The notes beneath the pieces are model-generated. The model saw nothing but the letters and a program-made list of their open reading frames with translations, made no database searches and was not told where the DNA came from. A stretch of DNA of 64,000 nucleotides, from assembly GCA_046350775.1 (NCBI GenBank), contig JAXLZS010000001.1:223930-287929 (forward strand). The letters are read 5' to 3'. Position numbers and translations under genes: made by a program. This stretch comes from Minisyncoccota bacterium (GTDB lineage Bacteria > Patescibacteriota > Minisyncoccia > Phycocordibacterales > UBA5272). This document shows positions 18,861 through 28,651 of the stretch, piece by piece; within the stretch, counting starts at the first letter, position 1; each line of letters starts with the position of its first letter.

Positions 18861-20891
18861 TTAAGATTTCAGACTTTTTTCTTTTAAAATCTTTATCTCG
18901 TCCCTCAAAATGGCTGCCGTCTCAAAATCTAAAGCTTTGACCGCTTCATTCATTTGTTTTTCTTTTAGCTTAATTAATTTGTTTGGATTTTTCTCAAAAA
19001 GTTTTTTGTCTGTTGCCAATTCTAGAGCGACAGATTTTTCATGATCTTTCTTTAATTCTTCTGTGATATCATTAATATTCTTAGAAATTGTTTTTGGAGT
19101 GATGTTGTTTTTCTCATTATAATCAAGCTGAATTTTTCTTCTTCTTTCTGTCTCTCCTATTGCTCTCTTCATTGATCCTGTCATCTTGTCGGCATATAGT
19201 ATCACTCGCCCATCAACATTTCTAGCAGCACGACCAATAGTTTGAATAAGTGATGTCTCACTTCTCAAAAATCCTTCTTTATCCGCATCGAGTATGCCGA
19301 TAAGTGTGACCTCTGGCAAATCTAGACCTTCTCTCAAAAGATTTACTCCGACAAGACAATCTATATACCCTTTTCGAAGTCTTGTTAATATTTCAATTCT
19401 GGCTAAAGTCTCGACATCACTGTGAAGATATTCGGCTTTAATATTTTTTTCTTTCAAATATTCAGAAAGACTTTCTGCCATCTTTTTTGTCAGAGTTGTT
19501 GCCAAGACTCTTTTTCCTTTTTTGATTTCTTTGACTGCTTCGTCTATAAAATCATGGACCTGCCCTTTATATTTTCCATTTTCCATGACGGGTTTTATTT
19601 CGAGTTTTGGATCAATGAGACCAGTAGGACGAATAATCTGCTCCACTATCTTTTCAGAATTTTCTCTCTCATAGTCTGCTGGCGTAGCTGATACATATAT
19701 TACATCATTTATTCTCTTTTCAAATTCTTCATACTTTAGAGGTCTATTATCTTTTGCACTCGGAAGTCTAAATCCAAAATCTACAAGTGTCTGCTTTCTG
19801 GCTTGGTCACCATTATACATAGCCCGGAGCTGAGGAAGGGTCACATGCGATTCATCGATTACAGTCAAAAAATCTCGACCATTGATACCAAAATATTCGA
19901 GCAGTGTATCTGGTGCTTCGCCAGCTTTTTTATCAGAAAAATGTCTACTATAATTTTCTATGCCAGAGCAATAGCCAAACTCCTTGATACTTGCCAAGTC
20001 GTACTGTGTTCTTCTTTTTAATCTCTCTATTTCTAATATTTTTCCTTCTTTTTCTAATTCTTTTAATCTTATTTTCAATTCTGCTTGTATAGATTTTATA
20101 GCTTTCTCTTGAGCATATTTATCTGAAATGAAATGCTTTGCAGGATAAATAAAATAGTCGTGTACTGTTTTTATCTCTCGCATAGAGACTGGATCAGTCA
20201 AAATCAATTTATCTATATCTCCATTTTCTATTTCTATTTGTAGCATAATAGTCTCACTCATAGGCATTATGTCTATCCTATTTCCAATAGTACGAAATGT
20301 GCCAGAAGAAAGATCTGCGTTTGTCCTCTCATAATGTATCTCTACAAAGCTTTTCATCAGATCGACTTTTGAGATTTTTTGACCGACATAAAGTCTTTTG
20401 TTTACTTTTTCGTATTCTATTGGAGAACCAAGACCATAGATACAAGATACTGATGCTACGATTATCACATCATCACGAGTCAATAGTGATTGTGTAGAAG
20501 CGTGGCGAAGTCTATCTATCTCCTCATTAATCTGCGCATCTTTTTCTATATATGTATCGGTAGTTGGAATATAGGCTTCCGGCTGATAGTAGTCATAATA
20601 AGATACAAAATAGTGCACAGCATTTTCTGGGAAAAAAGTTTTGAATTCTTGAGCGAGTTGAGCAGCCAGAGTCTTATTGTGCGCTATTACCAATGTTGGC
20701 TTTTGAATCTTTTCTATGACATTTGCGATAGTAAAAGTTTTTCCTGTACCAGTCGCTCCAAGCAGAGTCAATTTCTTATCACTTTTCTTTTTATTTTCTA
20801 GATTTTTAGACAATTCTAAAATAGCCTTTGGCTGATCACCTGCCGGCTTCATCTTGGAAACTATTTTAAATTTATTAGAATTTTTAATCAT
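18861..20891 (-). CDS. uvrB: Excinuclease ABC subunit B
   Basis: The N-terminus KPAGDQPKAI...LLGATGTGKTFT matches the UvrB helicase motif I. A DEAD-like helicase core follows, with a C-terminal UVR domain ending ...EAVKALDFETAAILRDEI. Confidence 0.92.
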   Translation of the reverse strand: MIKNSNKFKIVSKMKPAGDQPKAILELSKNLENKKKSDKKLTLLGATGTGKTFTIANVIEKIQKPTLVIAHNKTLAAQLAQEFKTFFPENAVHYFVSYYDYYQPEAYIPTTDTYIEKDAQINEEIDRLRHASTQSLLTRDDVIIVASVSCIYGLGSPIEYEKVNKRLYVGQKISKVDLMKSFVEIHYERTNADLSSGTFRTIGNRIDIMPMSETIMLQIEIENGDIDKLILTDPVSMREIKTVHDYFIYPAKHFISDKYAQEKAIKSIQAELKIRLKELEKEGKILEIERLKRRTQYDLASIKEFGYCSGIENYSRHFSDKKAGEAPDTLLEYFGINGRDFLTVIDESHVTLPQLRAMYNGDQARKQTLVDFGFRLPSAKDNRPLKYEEFEKRINDVIYVSATPADYERENSEKIVEQIIRPTGLIDPKLEIKPVMENGKYKGQVHDFIDEAVKEIKKGKRVLATTLTKKMAESLSEYLKEKNIKAEYLHSDVETLARIEILTRLRKGYIDCLVGVNLLREGLDLPEVTLIGILDADKEGFLRSETSLIQTIGRAARNVDGRVILYADKMTGSMKRAIGETERRRKIQLDYNEKNNITPKTISKNINDITEELKKDHEKSVALELATDKKLFEKNPNKLIKLKEKQMNEAVKALDFETAAILRDEIKILKEKSLKS

Positions 20892-20919
20892 AATTAAATA
20901 ATATCAAAAAAAGACAAAT

Positions 20920-20945
20920 AAAAAAAGGAGCTGAGCTCCTTTGGG
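20920..20945. terminator. Palindromic hairpin aaggagctgagctcctt; terminator
   Basis: 8-bp perfect inverted repeat around gagctc, between the uvrB start region and the 3' end of 20961..21440. Confidence 0.5.
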
Positions 20946-20960
20946 AAATAGTTTTTCAAT

Positions 20961-21440
20961 TTAACCTCTTGATAATTGCATAAATTGTTCAAGTGTATCG
21001 ATGGTAAAATTAAAATCCAAATTACTTTCCTCATCTTTTCTTATTTGCCTTTTGAGTCTGGCAATTGAAAAATAAGGATCAGCAGTCAAAATACTATAAA
21101 GTATTACAGCTTCTACATCGTAAGATTTAAAAGCTTCAAATCCTGTTATGTATCCATTTGGCAAATTGTCAGAAAGACTTAAAAAGTCTACAGAGTTATC
21201 TTTTATGTTTGGAATAATTGATAATTTATTTAAAATCAATCTTCTCCCCTCCTTAAAAGGAGTAAAACCTGGATAATCCAAATACTCCAGTAGAGCATTA
21301 TAGATCAAAAGATTTTTAGATCTGACTAATAATCCGGTAGAACCAGGCTGTCCTTTGAATTTACCAATAAAGGCTGAATCGTCGAAACAAAAACTCATCT
21401 CACTGACAATAGTTTTTTCAGAATCTTTTAATAAGAACAT
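20961..21440 (-). CDS. Hypothetical protein
   Basis: 159 aa. An N-terminal FDDS-containing segment is faintly DUF3800-like; not assignable. Confidence 0.35.
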   Translation of the reverse strand: MFLLKDSEKTIVSEMSFCFDDSAFIGKFKGQPGSTGLLVRSKNLLIYNALLEYLDYPGFTPFKEGRRLILNKLSIIPNIKDNSVDFLSLSDNLPNGYITGFEAFKSYDVEAVILYSILTADPYFSIARLKRQIRKDEESNLDFNFTIDTLEQFMQLSRG

Positions 21441-21521
21441 GGGTTAAAATTTAATTTTTTAAAATTTTTTATCAAAACAATAATACCACTAAATTGTAAA
21501 AAAGTAAATAGAAAGAAAAAA

Positions 21522-22550
21522 TTAATCTTTCTTATATTTAATACTATCCTTTTCACTTCTAATTTTTATTTCTTTTATCAATTCCACTTTTCTGATCACT
21601 TTATCACCTTCTACTTCTTTAGTAAATTTAAAATTTAAAGCTAGTCCATTTTTCACATCTTCATTAAACCATTGATCAAAAATATAATTACCAAGTGAAT
21701 AATAAATATATTTCTCTTTATATATTTCACTATTTTCTATCACATGTGGATGCATACCAACCACAAGATCTGCGCCAGCATCAATCCACTCTTTCGCATA
21801 TCTTTTTTGTGTAAGATTAGCAGTTAAAGAATACTCAATCCCCCAATGTGGCACCACTACTATGAAATCTACTTTTTCATTTTGCTTTAACAATTTTATT
21901 TCGTCATCTATCATTTTAGGATCATTATTTGATGTAAATTGATTGTATCCTATATAGGCAATACAAATTTCTTTTTCACATACAATATTTGATAATTTAT
22001 TATTTATATTTTGATTGTAAGGATTACCAAAATATTTTATATTTCCAACCCCCAAAAATCTCATTGTATCTTGAAAGCCTTGATTATCAAAATTGTCTGT
22101 ATGATTATTAGCTAGAGAGACGACTTTTATATTTAAAAGTTTTAATATTTCTGGAGTAGATGTAGAAAAAGTGAAAGTCAAAAGCCCTGTATATTTACCA
22201 TGGATATCATAAGTCTTAGTATTATTGTCTGTTATTGGACCTTCTAAATTTCCTACAACATAATCATAGTTTTTATTTTGTTCTCTCAAATTTCCTAAAA
22301 AATTGTCTACAAAATTCTCAGGACTTTTATTTTCGATTATTTTCTTTCTGATATTTCTGTCGAGCATTATATCTCCGACTAATAATAAATTTAACTCTTT
22401 CTTGTCTTCAGTTTTTTTTATCGAATCTAAATCTATATTATTATTTACATATTCACCCCTGCCTATATTTTTATTTAAAAAATAACCAGCTACCAATAAA
22501 AATAATATTACTAAAATTATCTTAACTAAGTGTATTTTACTTTTTAGCAT
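21522..22550 (-). CDS. CapA-family (PGA_cap) metallophosphatase-like protein, membrane-anchored
   Basis: Motifs LLLVGDIMLDR, VSLANNHTDNFDNQG, VVVPHWGIEYS and VVGMHPHVIE match the CapA calcineurin-like family. Confidence 0.7.
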   Translation of the reverse strand: MLKSKIHLVKIILVILFLLVAGYFLNKNIGRGEYVNNNIDLDSIKKTEDKKELNLLLVGDIMLDRNIRKKIIENKSPENFVDNFLGNLREQNKNYDYVVGNLEGPITDNNTKTYDIHGKYTGLLTFTFSTSTPEILKLLNIKVVSLANNHTDNFDNQGFQDTMRFLGVGNIKYFGNPYNQNINNKLSNIVCEKEICIAYIGYNQFTSNNDPKMIDDEIKLLKQNEKVDFIVVVPHWGIEYSLTANLTQKRYAKEWIDAGADLVVGMHPHVIENSEIYKEKYIYYSLGNYIFDQWFNEDVKNGLALNFKFTKEVEGDKVIRKVELIKEIKIRSEKDSIKYKKD

Positions 22551-23136
22551 TCTTTCTAAATATCAAAAACATTAGAAATCCAAAAATAGCACCCAAGGTA
22601 TCCATAAGCATATCCTTTTGCGCGTCCCAGATATCGCCTTGTGATCCGAGAACTTCTATGCCAGCCGAAGGATTTACAGAGACAGCGTACCACCATTCAA
22701 ATAGCTCATAAGTCATGGCTAGTGCCATAATAAAAAATATCGCATAAGTAAAAGCTATCCATCTGTTATTTACCATTTTATATTTCAATAGTATTTCAAT
22801 AATAGCAAAAGAATAAAGTCCCACAGAAGCATGAGCTACTCTATCATACATATTTCTACTCGAATGGATCATATTGTTAAACCAATCAAATGGCACATTT
22901 GCAAATGTATAATGAGCTCCTATGATATGCATTACCGGAAATATCAAACACAAAACATAAGCTAAATTTGAAAGTCTAACTTTTAAAATATATAAAATTA
23001 TAAATAAGACGACAGATATAGCTGAGGTCACTGCTTCCACTTTCCAGACTGATACATCGACTGGATTTATACTACTCCAAACAAAAAATACAATATAAAT
23101 TAATAATAAAATAATAGGAAATAAATGTTTTTTCAT
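22537..23136 (-). CDS. Polytopic inner-membrane protein of unknown function
   Basis: 199 aa with about 6 hydrophobic helices. It overlaps the CapA gene's start by 14 nt. Confidence 0.45.
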   Translation of the reverse strand: MKKHLFPIILLLIYIVFFVWSSINPVDVSVWKVEAVTSAISVVLFIILYILKVRLSNLAYVLCLIFPVMHIIGAHYTFANVPFDWFNNMIHSSRNMYDRVAHASVGLYSFAIIEILLKYKMVNNRWIAFTYAIFFIMALAMTYELFEWWYAVSVNPSAGIEVLGSQGDIWDAQKDMLMDTLGAIFGFLMFLIFRKNAKK

Positions 23137-23166
23137 AGATTTATGTATAAATTATATCACGATAAA

Positions 23167-24615
23167 TTATTTATTGAATTTTTCTAACACTTCTTTTTTA
23201 AACTCAAAAAATCTATCTTCTAAAATACTCTTTCTTATATCTTTGGTCAGACTAACAATAAAATGTAAATTGTGAATAGAAGCTATCGTAGCAGCGATCA
23301 TTTCTTTACTTCTAAAAAGATGCGCAAGATATGATTTTGTATATTGATGAGCGTAGCAATCTGGATCATCACAAACAGAAGAAAAATCTTCTTTATATTT
23401 ACTATTAAAAATGTTTATTCTGCCTTCTTTGGTGTAAATAGATCCATTTCTAGCAAGACGAGTCGGAGAGACACAATCAAAAGTATCTATACCGTATTCT
23501 ACGCCCAAAAATAGATCTTCTATTTCACCGATACCTAAAAGATGTCTTGGTTTATCTTCTGGAAGATTTTCTGTAGAAATTTTCACAGTTTTTGCCATGT
23601 CTTCTTTTGTGAAGCTTCCCCCAATACCAAATCCATCAAAATATTTTTTCTCACCATTTATATCTACATTCATTTCACCTAATGTTTTAGCAGAATATTT
23701 TCTTAAATCATCAAACGCTCCACCTTGTACCACAGCATAAAGAGCTTGAATCTCTCCAGTCGCACCACTCTTTCCTAGTTCATGGTGATGAGTGAGAGAT
23801 CTTTTTGCCCAGCGATGAGTACGCTCGAGTGACTCTTTTTGATATTCTAAATTAGCGAGTGGAGAAGTACATTCGTCAAAAGCAAAAAATATATCACCTC
23901 CAAGATCATGCTGAATCTCCATACTTTTTTCTGGAGTAAAAAAATGCTTTGACCCATCTATCACACTACGAAACTCAACTCCATTTTCAGAAATTTTTAC
24001 TAAAGATTTTTGTGACAGTTCTTTTTTAATACGATATTTTTTAAAAAATAAATTATCTATAATCAAAAAAGTTGTAGACATGATAACCAGATTTAAAAGT
24101 AAATTCATATCTTCCCCAAAAATCCTAGCAAGAAATCCTACAAAAAGACAAATTGCAATCTCTATTATTAAAAATTTTTTCCTTAAAATAAATTCTTTAA
24201 ATTTTAAAAATTTATTTTCTTCAAGGTTTTTATCTAGATTTTCATTTGTAAGATCTTCTCTTTTAGCAATCTTTGATACGCCGACTCCCATTGCCGCACC
24301 AAGAGAAAATACCTGAAACCCTCCGCTATCAGTAAATGTTGGACCATCATAATTCATCATCTTGGCAAATCCTCCATGCTTTTTAACTATTTCATTTCCA
24401 GGCTGGAGATAGAGATGATAAGTATTTGCAAGTACCGCATCACTTTTTACATAATTTTCAAAATCTTCTGGTAAAATACTTTTGACTGTAGCCTTTGTAC
24501 CAACTGGTATAAAAGCTGGCGTCTCAATATCGCCATGAGGAGTGCGAATCACACCCGCTCTCGCAAGTTGTGCTTCATTACTTTTTTTAAGAATTTCAAA
24601 TCCAAAGTTTTTCAT
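23167..24615 (-). CDS. tgt: Queuine tRNA-ribosyltransferase (tRNA-guanine transglycosylase) with a ~100-aa internal insertion carrying two hydrophobic helices
   Basis: Motifs TPHGDIETPAFIPVGT, TDSGGFQVFSL, PEKSMEIQHDLGGDIFFAFDEC and DTFDCVSPTR, plus a C-terminal Zn site CDDPDC...H. It is 482 aa versus about 370 aa typical. Confidence 0.85.
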   Translation of the reverse strand: MKNFGFEILKKSNEAQLARAGVIRTPHGDIETPAFIPVGTKATVKSILPEDFENYVKSDAVLANTYHLYLQPGNEIVKKHGGFAKMMNYDGPTFTDSGGFQVFSLGAAMGVGVSKIAKREDLTNENLDKNLEENKFLKFKEFILRKKFLIIEIAICLFVGFLARIFGEDMNLLLNLVIMSTTFLIIDNLFFKKYRIKKELSQKSLVKISENGVEFRSVIDGSKHFFTPEKSMEIQHDLGGDIFFAFDECTSPLANLEYQKESLERTHRWAKRSLTHHHELGKSGATGEIQALYAVVQGGAFDDLRKYSAKTLGEMNVDINGEKKYFDGFGIGGSFTKEDMAKTVKISTENLPEDKPRHLLGIGEIEDLFLGVEYGIDTFDCVSPTRLARNGSIYTKEGRINIFNSKYKEDFSSVCDDPDCYAHQYTKSYLAHLFRSKEMIAATIASIHNLHFIVSLTKDIRKSILEDRFFEFKKEVLEKFNK

Positions 24616-24685
24616 AATTCAAATAATATAACATAGCTTGACATATATTATCAATTTGATAATATATGTCAGGTTTTAAACAAAA

Positions 24686-25066
24686 TTGTTTCATCTTAAA
24701 AATAAAAAAATGGACAAGTTCGTATATGTAGCTTTTACTGAAAATAAAGATTTAAAATCAAAATTTGAAAATTTTTTTCTTAATCTATTCAAATTTAGTT
24801 ACGACAGAAAAACTTTCTATATTGGAGCAAAACCAAAATCAGCTGTTGCAATTAATATCGAAGAAAGAGGAGAAAATATATCAATTGTATTCCGAAACTG
24901 GAATTATAATGAAGAACGTTTGCCTTCAAGCATCTATCTTTCATCAAAAGAGCAAATTAATCTTTCAGAAAATTTCATTGGAAAATTTACTTTAAGAAAA
25001 AAGGAATATTATTTTTATCTCTTTAACCCTTTCAATTCTGAGGGTTTTTATCAAAAATTGATTTGA
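24686..25066 (+). CDS. Hypothetical protein
   Basis: 126-aa ORF with no motif. Confidence 0.3.
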   Translation: MFHLKNKKMDKFVYVAFTENKDLKSKFENFFLNLFKFSYDRKTFYIGAKPKSAVAINIEERGENISIVFRNWNYNEERLPSSIYLSSKEQINLSENFIGKFTLRKKEYYFYLFNPFNSEGFYQKLI

Positions 25067-25079
25067 AATTTAAAAATAA

Positions 25080-25120
25080 ATCTCCACCACTAAAAAGTTA
25101 AAAAGTGGTGGACTTTTTAT
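25080..25120. terminator. Bidirectional terminator hairpin (tccaccac ... gtggtgga) with T-run
   Basis: 8-bp inverted repeat with an A/T-rich loop, lying between convergent gene ends. Confidence 0.55.
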
Positions 25121-26131
25121 TTACCAACCACAAATTTCCTCACATTTAGCAATAATATTTCTCGGAGAAAGATCATCTTCGAGTCCAAGCCTCTCTACTC
25201 TTACAATATTATCCTTTTTAATTTCAGCGACTGATTCAGCGACGAGAGACCCTAGACCGCCAACTTTAGAATGCTCTTCAATAGTCAGAATATTTCTATT
25301 ATTATTTGCAAAATTTGCTATAAAAGATTTTATTTTTTGATTGATATATTCACTATTTGAAGAAATTAATGACATATTTAAGACTGTCACATTATAATTT
25401 TTTTCTTCCAAATCTTTAGCCGCCACAAGAGCATTGTAAAGTATAGGACCAGAAGCTATTATGCCAACTCGAAAAGCAGAATCTAAGTTAGAAGATATGT
25501 GAACTATTTCAGGCATACCCGTGTATTCACGCAAAGTATCATTTTGATTATTGATAAAATAATTATCACTATATATTTTTGGAGAAAAATCATTTACTAG
25601 CCTGAAATAAGAAAATTGTTTTTGATTATTTTTAAAAAATTTCTTTTCTGATACTCTGATCAAATATTCTGCCTCATTGGCATCAGCTGGGACAAATATA
25701 TTTACTTGACCAAGATTCCTCATAAGAGAGACGTCATGATATTTGTCTTTAGAGTCTTTTTGGATCATATTCAAAACAGATAAATTTATGTCTTTATTTT
25801 TATTGTCAGAAAATCTTGATACAACTTTAAGCAGTCCTCTATAAATCTTTATAAGATTGTCGGCAAGACTAGTATTTAAATTTTGCAAAACTCTGTCAGC
25901 ACCACTATTTATCAAAAATACATTTTTAGACTCTTCAGCTGATACTATAGCTGATATCTCTATCGAATTGTCGACAGGAAAAATATGTTTTGATTTTTCT
26001 CTTGTAATATTCAAATTGTCGACTTCAAAAATTTTGTTGTCGTCTTTATTTAAATTCAATAATGATAAAAGTGTATTTTCTACTTGACTAGCCTTCTCCT
26101 CCTCTTTTTTAAATAAATTTTCTGATAACAT
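25121..26131 (-). CDS. Transketolase-like protein, C-terminal half (pyrimidine-binding / C-terminal domain), possibly degenerate
   Basis: The C-terminal region GIIASGPILYNALVAAKDLEEKNYNVTVLNMSLISS...LTIEEHSKVGGLGSLVAESVAE matches the transketolase C-terminal domain. The upstream DANEAEYLI is TK-like, but the canonical GIAEQ segment is not evident. Confidence 0.55.
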   Translation of the reverse strand: MLSENLFKKEEEKASQVENTLLSLLNLNKDDNKIFEVDNLNITREKSKHIFPVDNSIEISAIVSAEESKNVFLINSGADRVLQNLNTSLADNLIKIYRGLLKVVSRFSDNKNKDINLSVLNMIQKDSKDKYHDVSLMRNLGQVNIFVPADANEAEYLIRVSEKKFFKNNQKQFSYFRLVNDFSPKIYSDNYFINNQNDTLREYTGMPEIVHISSNLDSAFRVGIIASGPILYNALVAAKDLEEKNYNVTVLNMSLISSNSEYINQKIKSFIANFANNNRNILTIEEHSKVGGLGSLVAESVAEIKKDNIVRVERLGLEDDLSPRNIIAKCEEICGW

Positions 26132-26135
26132 ATTT

Positions 26136-26798
26136 TTAATTTACATTTGCTAAAATAATCGTAGGCTTTTTTAATTTTTTTGCATAAGCTATCGCATCAC
26201 ATACCGATGACACATTATCAGCGTTGATCACCAAAGTATCAAAACCAAAACCAATTAATCTCGCATTGAGTCTACTCTCCTTATTCAATTCTTCTTCTGT
26301 AGCTTTTGTATAAAGAATTGTAATAATATTATGTAATTTATTTTTTATAATATATTCTAAAGATGAAATTTTTGAAAAAATATCATCTTCACTCGCTACT
26401 ACAAAATAATATCTTTCATGTTTATCTTCCAGATCTCTAGCTACAATATGATGGCCTATAGCATCTGCAAAAGAATTTTCCACTTTATCGAAAGAGTTTT
26501 CGGAAAGATAATTCTGTAGATTTTCAAATTCAGTATATCCCACATGTGTCTTTGTGACATTTTTTACAATATTAGAAAAGACGTTTGTCGCAAACACTCT
26601 GTCCCTATTTTTCCAAGTCTTATTTTCTGGATGATGATTTATAGATTTAAAATATAGAGATGTAAAAATCGCAGATAAACTTGTAAGATTTTTTAAAAAT
26701 GAAGTACCTTGTGAAGAAAAATTGCTCTCTAGAGTAATATTTATATCCTCTTTAACTCTATTGAGAGCGTCCAATTCATCATTTGTTAAAGTTTTCAT
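26136..26798 (-). CDS. Transketolase-like protein, N-terminal half, apparently degenerate (TPP-binding motifs not conserved)
   Basis: HHPENKTWKNRDRVFATNVFSN aligns with the TK N-terminal P..P.W.NRDRFVLSKGHA region, and the C-terminal PTIILANV resembles PTLIIAHT. The GH..G and GDG motifs are not recognisable. Confidence 0.45.
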   Translation of the reverse strand: MKTLTNDELDALNRVKEDINITLESNFSSQGTSFLKNLTSLSAIFTSLYFKSINHHPENKTWKNRDRVFATNVFSNIVKNVTKTHVGYTEFENLQNYLSENSFDKVENSFADAIGHHIVARDLEDKHERYYFVVASEDDIFSKISSLEYIIKNKLHNIITILYTKATEEELNKESRLNARLIGFGFDTLVINADNVSSVCDAIAYAKKLKKPTIILANVN

Positions 26799-26840
26799 AA
26801 TATGAATATTATAACATAGTGAAAATCAAGATAAATATTT

Positions 26841-27575
26841 CTAGATTTCTGATAATTCTTTAAAACGATTTAAAAAAATAGACTCTTCTAGATCTTTAAG
26901 CAGATAAGAACCGACAATTATCCTATCAGCTCCGGCTTCTTTTACAGATTTTATATGATCAGGGATCATTGACCCGTCAACCTGAATAGATAATTCTTCT
27001 TTATCAAAATTTTCTCTTAAAGATTTTACAATTTTTATACATCTTTCGTCAAAATTTTGACCCTGCTCTCCAATATTTTCTATACCCATCACTTGTACAG
27101 ATAATTTTTCTTGATAACCTTTCATCTCTTTCAAAAAATCCATAAAATTATCTTTATTATTTATCATAGTATCTAGCTTGGCAGTATAAACTATATGTGT
27201 AGGAGAATTTTCTGATTCTAAAAGTAAATCTAAGAAATATTTTCTGTCGTGCTGGTTTTCAAAAAGAGAATCAAGATGAACTACGGCAGATTGAGCATTA
27301 GTTTTTTTAATTTCTTCAAAATGTCTTTTCTGATGAAGAGTCATAAGATGAAATTCTAAATCAAAATATTTTCTATATAAATTTAATGTTTCTCTTTCTT
27401 CCAAATTTTCAGGATTAAAAATCCAGGTTTTATTTTTTACAAATTCTCCATCACATATATCAATTTGAACAAGATCAAAATCTATACTATACTGATCTTT
27501 CATTTTGACTAAAAAATCTAATTTAGATTTTATTTCACTAAAATCTTTTTCTAAAACAGCTGGAATTATTTTCAT
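26841..27575 (-). CDS. rpe: Ribulose-phosphate 3-epimerase family protein
   Basis: TIM-barrel Rpe pattern: IIPAVLEKDF..., QIDICDGEFV (parallels HVDVMDGHFV), and QVDGSMIPDHIKSVKEAGADRIIVGSYL. Confidence 0.6.
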   Translation of the reverse strand: MKIIPAVLEKDFSEIKSKLDFLVKMKDQYSIDFDLVQIDICDGEFVKNKTWIFNPENLEERETLNLYRKYFDLEFHLMTLHQKRHFEEIKKTNAQSAVVHLDSLFENQHDRKYFLDLLLESENSPTHIVYTAKLDTMINNKDNFMDFLKEMKGYQEKLSVQVMGIENIGEQGQNFDERCIKIVKSLRENFDKEELSIQVDGSMIPDHIKSVKEAGADRIIVGSYLLKDLEESIFLNRFKELSEI

Positions 27576-27576
27576 A

Positions 27577-28185
27577 TTAGTTATCTTCTCTTCTTTTTTT
27601 CATATCTTCTAGTATTTTTAATTCATTTAATTCTTCTTCATTTATTTTGGTATTTATTTCTGTCTCTAAATTCTCTATCTCGTCTATTCTTCTCTCATGA
27701 CGAGTAAACTCACCGTTTTCTTTTTCTGAAAATCTGGTAGTTATAAAAGTCTTTGCCGCTTTTTTGGCAAAGTCTTCACTTACAAATCTAGCTCCGATTG
27801 ATAAAATATTTGCATTATTATGCTCACGAAGTAGCTTTACTATATCCAAATTTTCACTATTGACGACGCCAGCCCTGATACCTTTATATTTGTCAGCCAC
27901 CATAGCCTCACCCTCTCCAGATCCACCAAATACTATAGCCATATTATCTTTTGATCCTGAATATATATCTCCGGATAGAGCGCCGGCACATACTGATATA
28001 AATTTTGGATAATCGTCATTTGCATCATATTGGTAAGCTCCAAAATCTACAAACTCTATATTTGGCACTATTTGCCCATTCTTTTCTAAATCTTTTATGA
28101 TTTCATCTTTTTCTAATTCCAAAAAAAGACGAATTGCCTCTTTCATCTCAAAACCAGCATGATCTGTTGCTAAATAAATTTTCAT
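27577..28185 (-). CDS. rpiB: Ribose-5-phosphate isomerase B (RpiB/LacAB family) with a C-terminal extension
   Basis: MKIYLATDHAGFEMKEAI, and CAGALSGD...IRAGVVNS...NANILSIGARFV. A ~50-aa charged extension follows. Confidence 0.8.
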   Translation of the reverse strand: MKIYLATDHAGFEMKEAIRLFLELEKDEIIKDLEKNGQIVPNIEFVDFGAYQYDANDDYPKFISVCAGALSGDIYSGSKDNMAIVFGGSGEGEAMVADKYKGIRAGVVNSENLDIVKLLREHNNANILSIGARFVSEDFAKKAAKTFITTRFSEKENGEFTRHERRIDEIENLETEINTKINEEELNELKILEDMKKRREDN

Positions 28186-28270
28186 ATAGATTTATTATAC
28201 TACAAAAAATAAACAGCAAAAAAAGTTGAACATCGAAGTCCAACTTTAAAAAAAGTTTGTAGCCATAAGT

Positions 28271-28576
28271 TTAGTTAATATAAAAACTAACTTTTGGGTC
28301 TAAATATCTGTCTGTGAGACTAGCCAAGTTAAAAGACTGAAATGCTTCTTGGCTAAACGTAACTTCCACTTTGTCTTTATTTTTTCTTTTTTTAAACTCC
28401 TGCTTAGAGGAATCAAGAAAGAAAAAACCAGACAAATCGGACTTTAATACTTCTGGTACGTCTTGACCTTCTACCAATTTGCAGAGGAGTTGATATTTAA
28501 GACCAAACCAATTAAACTTTCTGACGATTAAGACATTTAAAATCGCCAAAATCTCGTAATTAGATACTGATTCCAT
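28271..28576 (-). CDS. Hypothetical small protein
   Basis: 101-aa ORF. Confidence 0.3.
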   Translation of the reverse strand: MESVSNYEILAILNVLIVRKFNWFGLKYQLLCKLVEGQDVPEVLKSDLSGFFFLDSSKQEFKKRKNKDKVEVTFSQEAFQSFNLASLTDRYLDPKVSFYIN

Positions 28577-28651
28577 AAAAAGAGTTTTTGTTAAGAATTA
28601 AAACTAAAATTATTATATCAGACCAATTAAATAAATCAAATAATGAAAATT

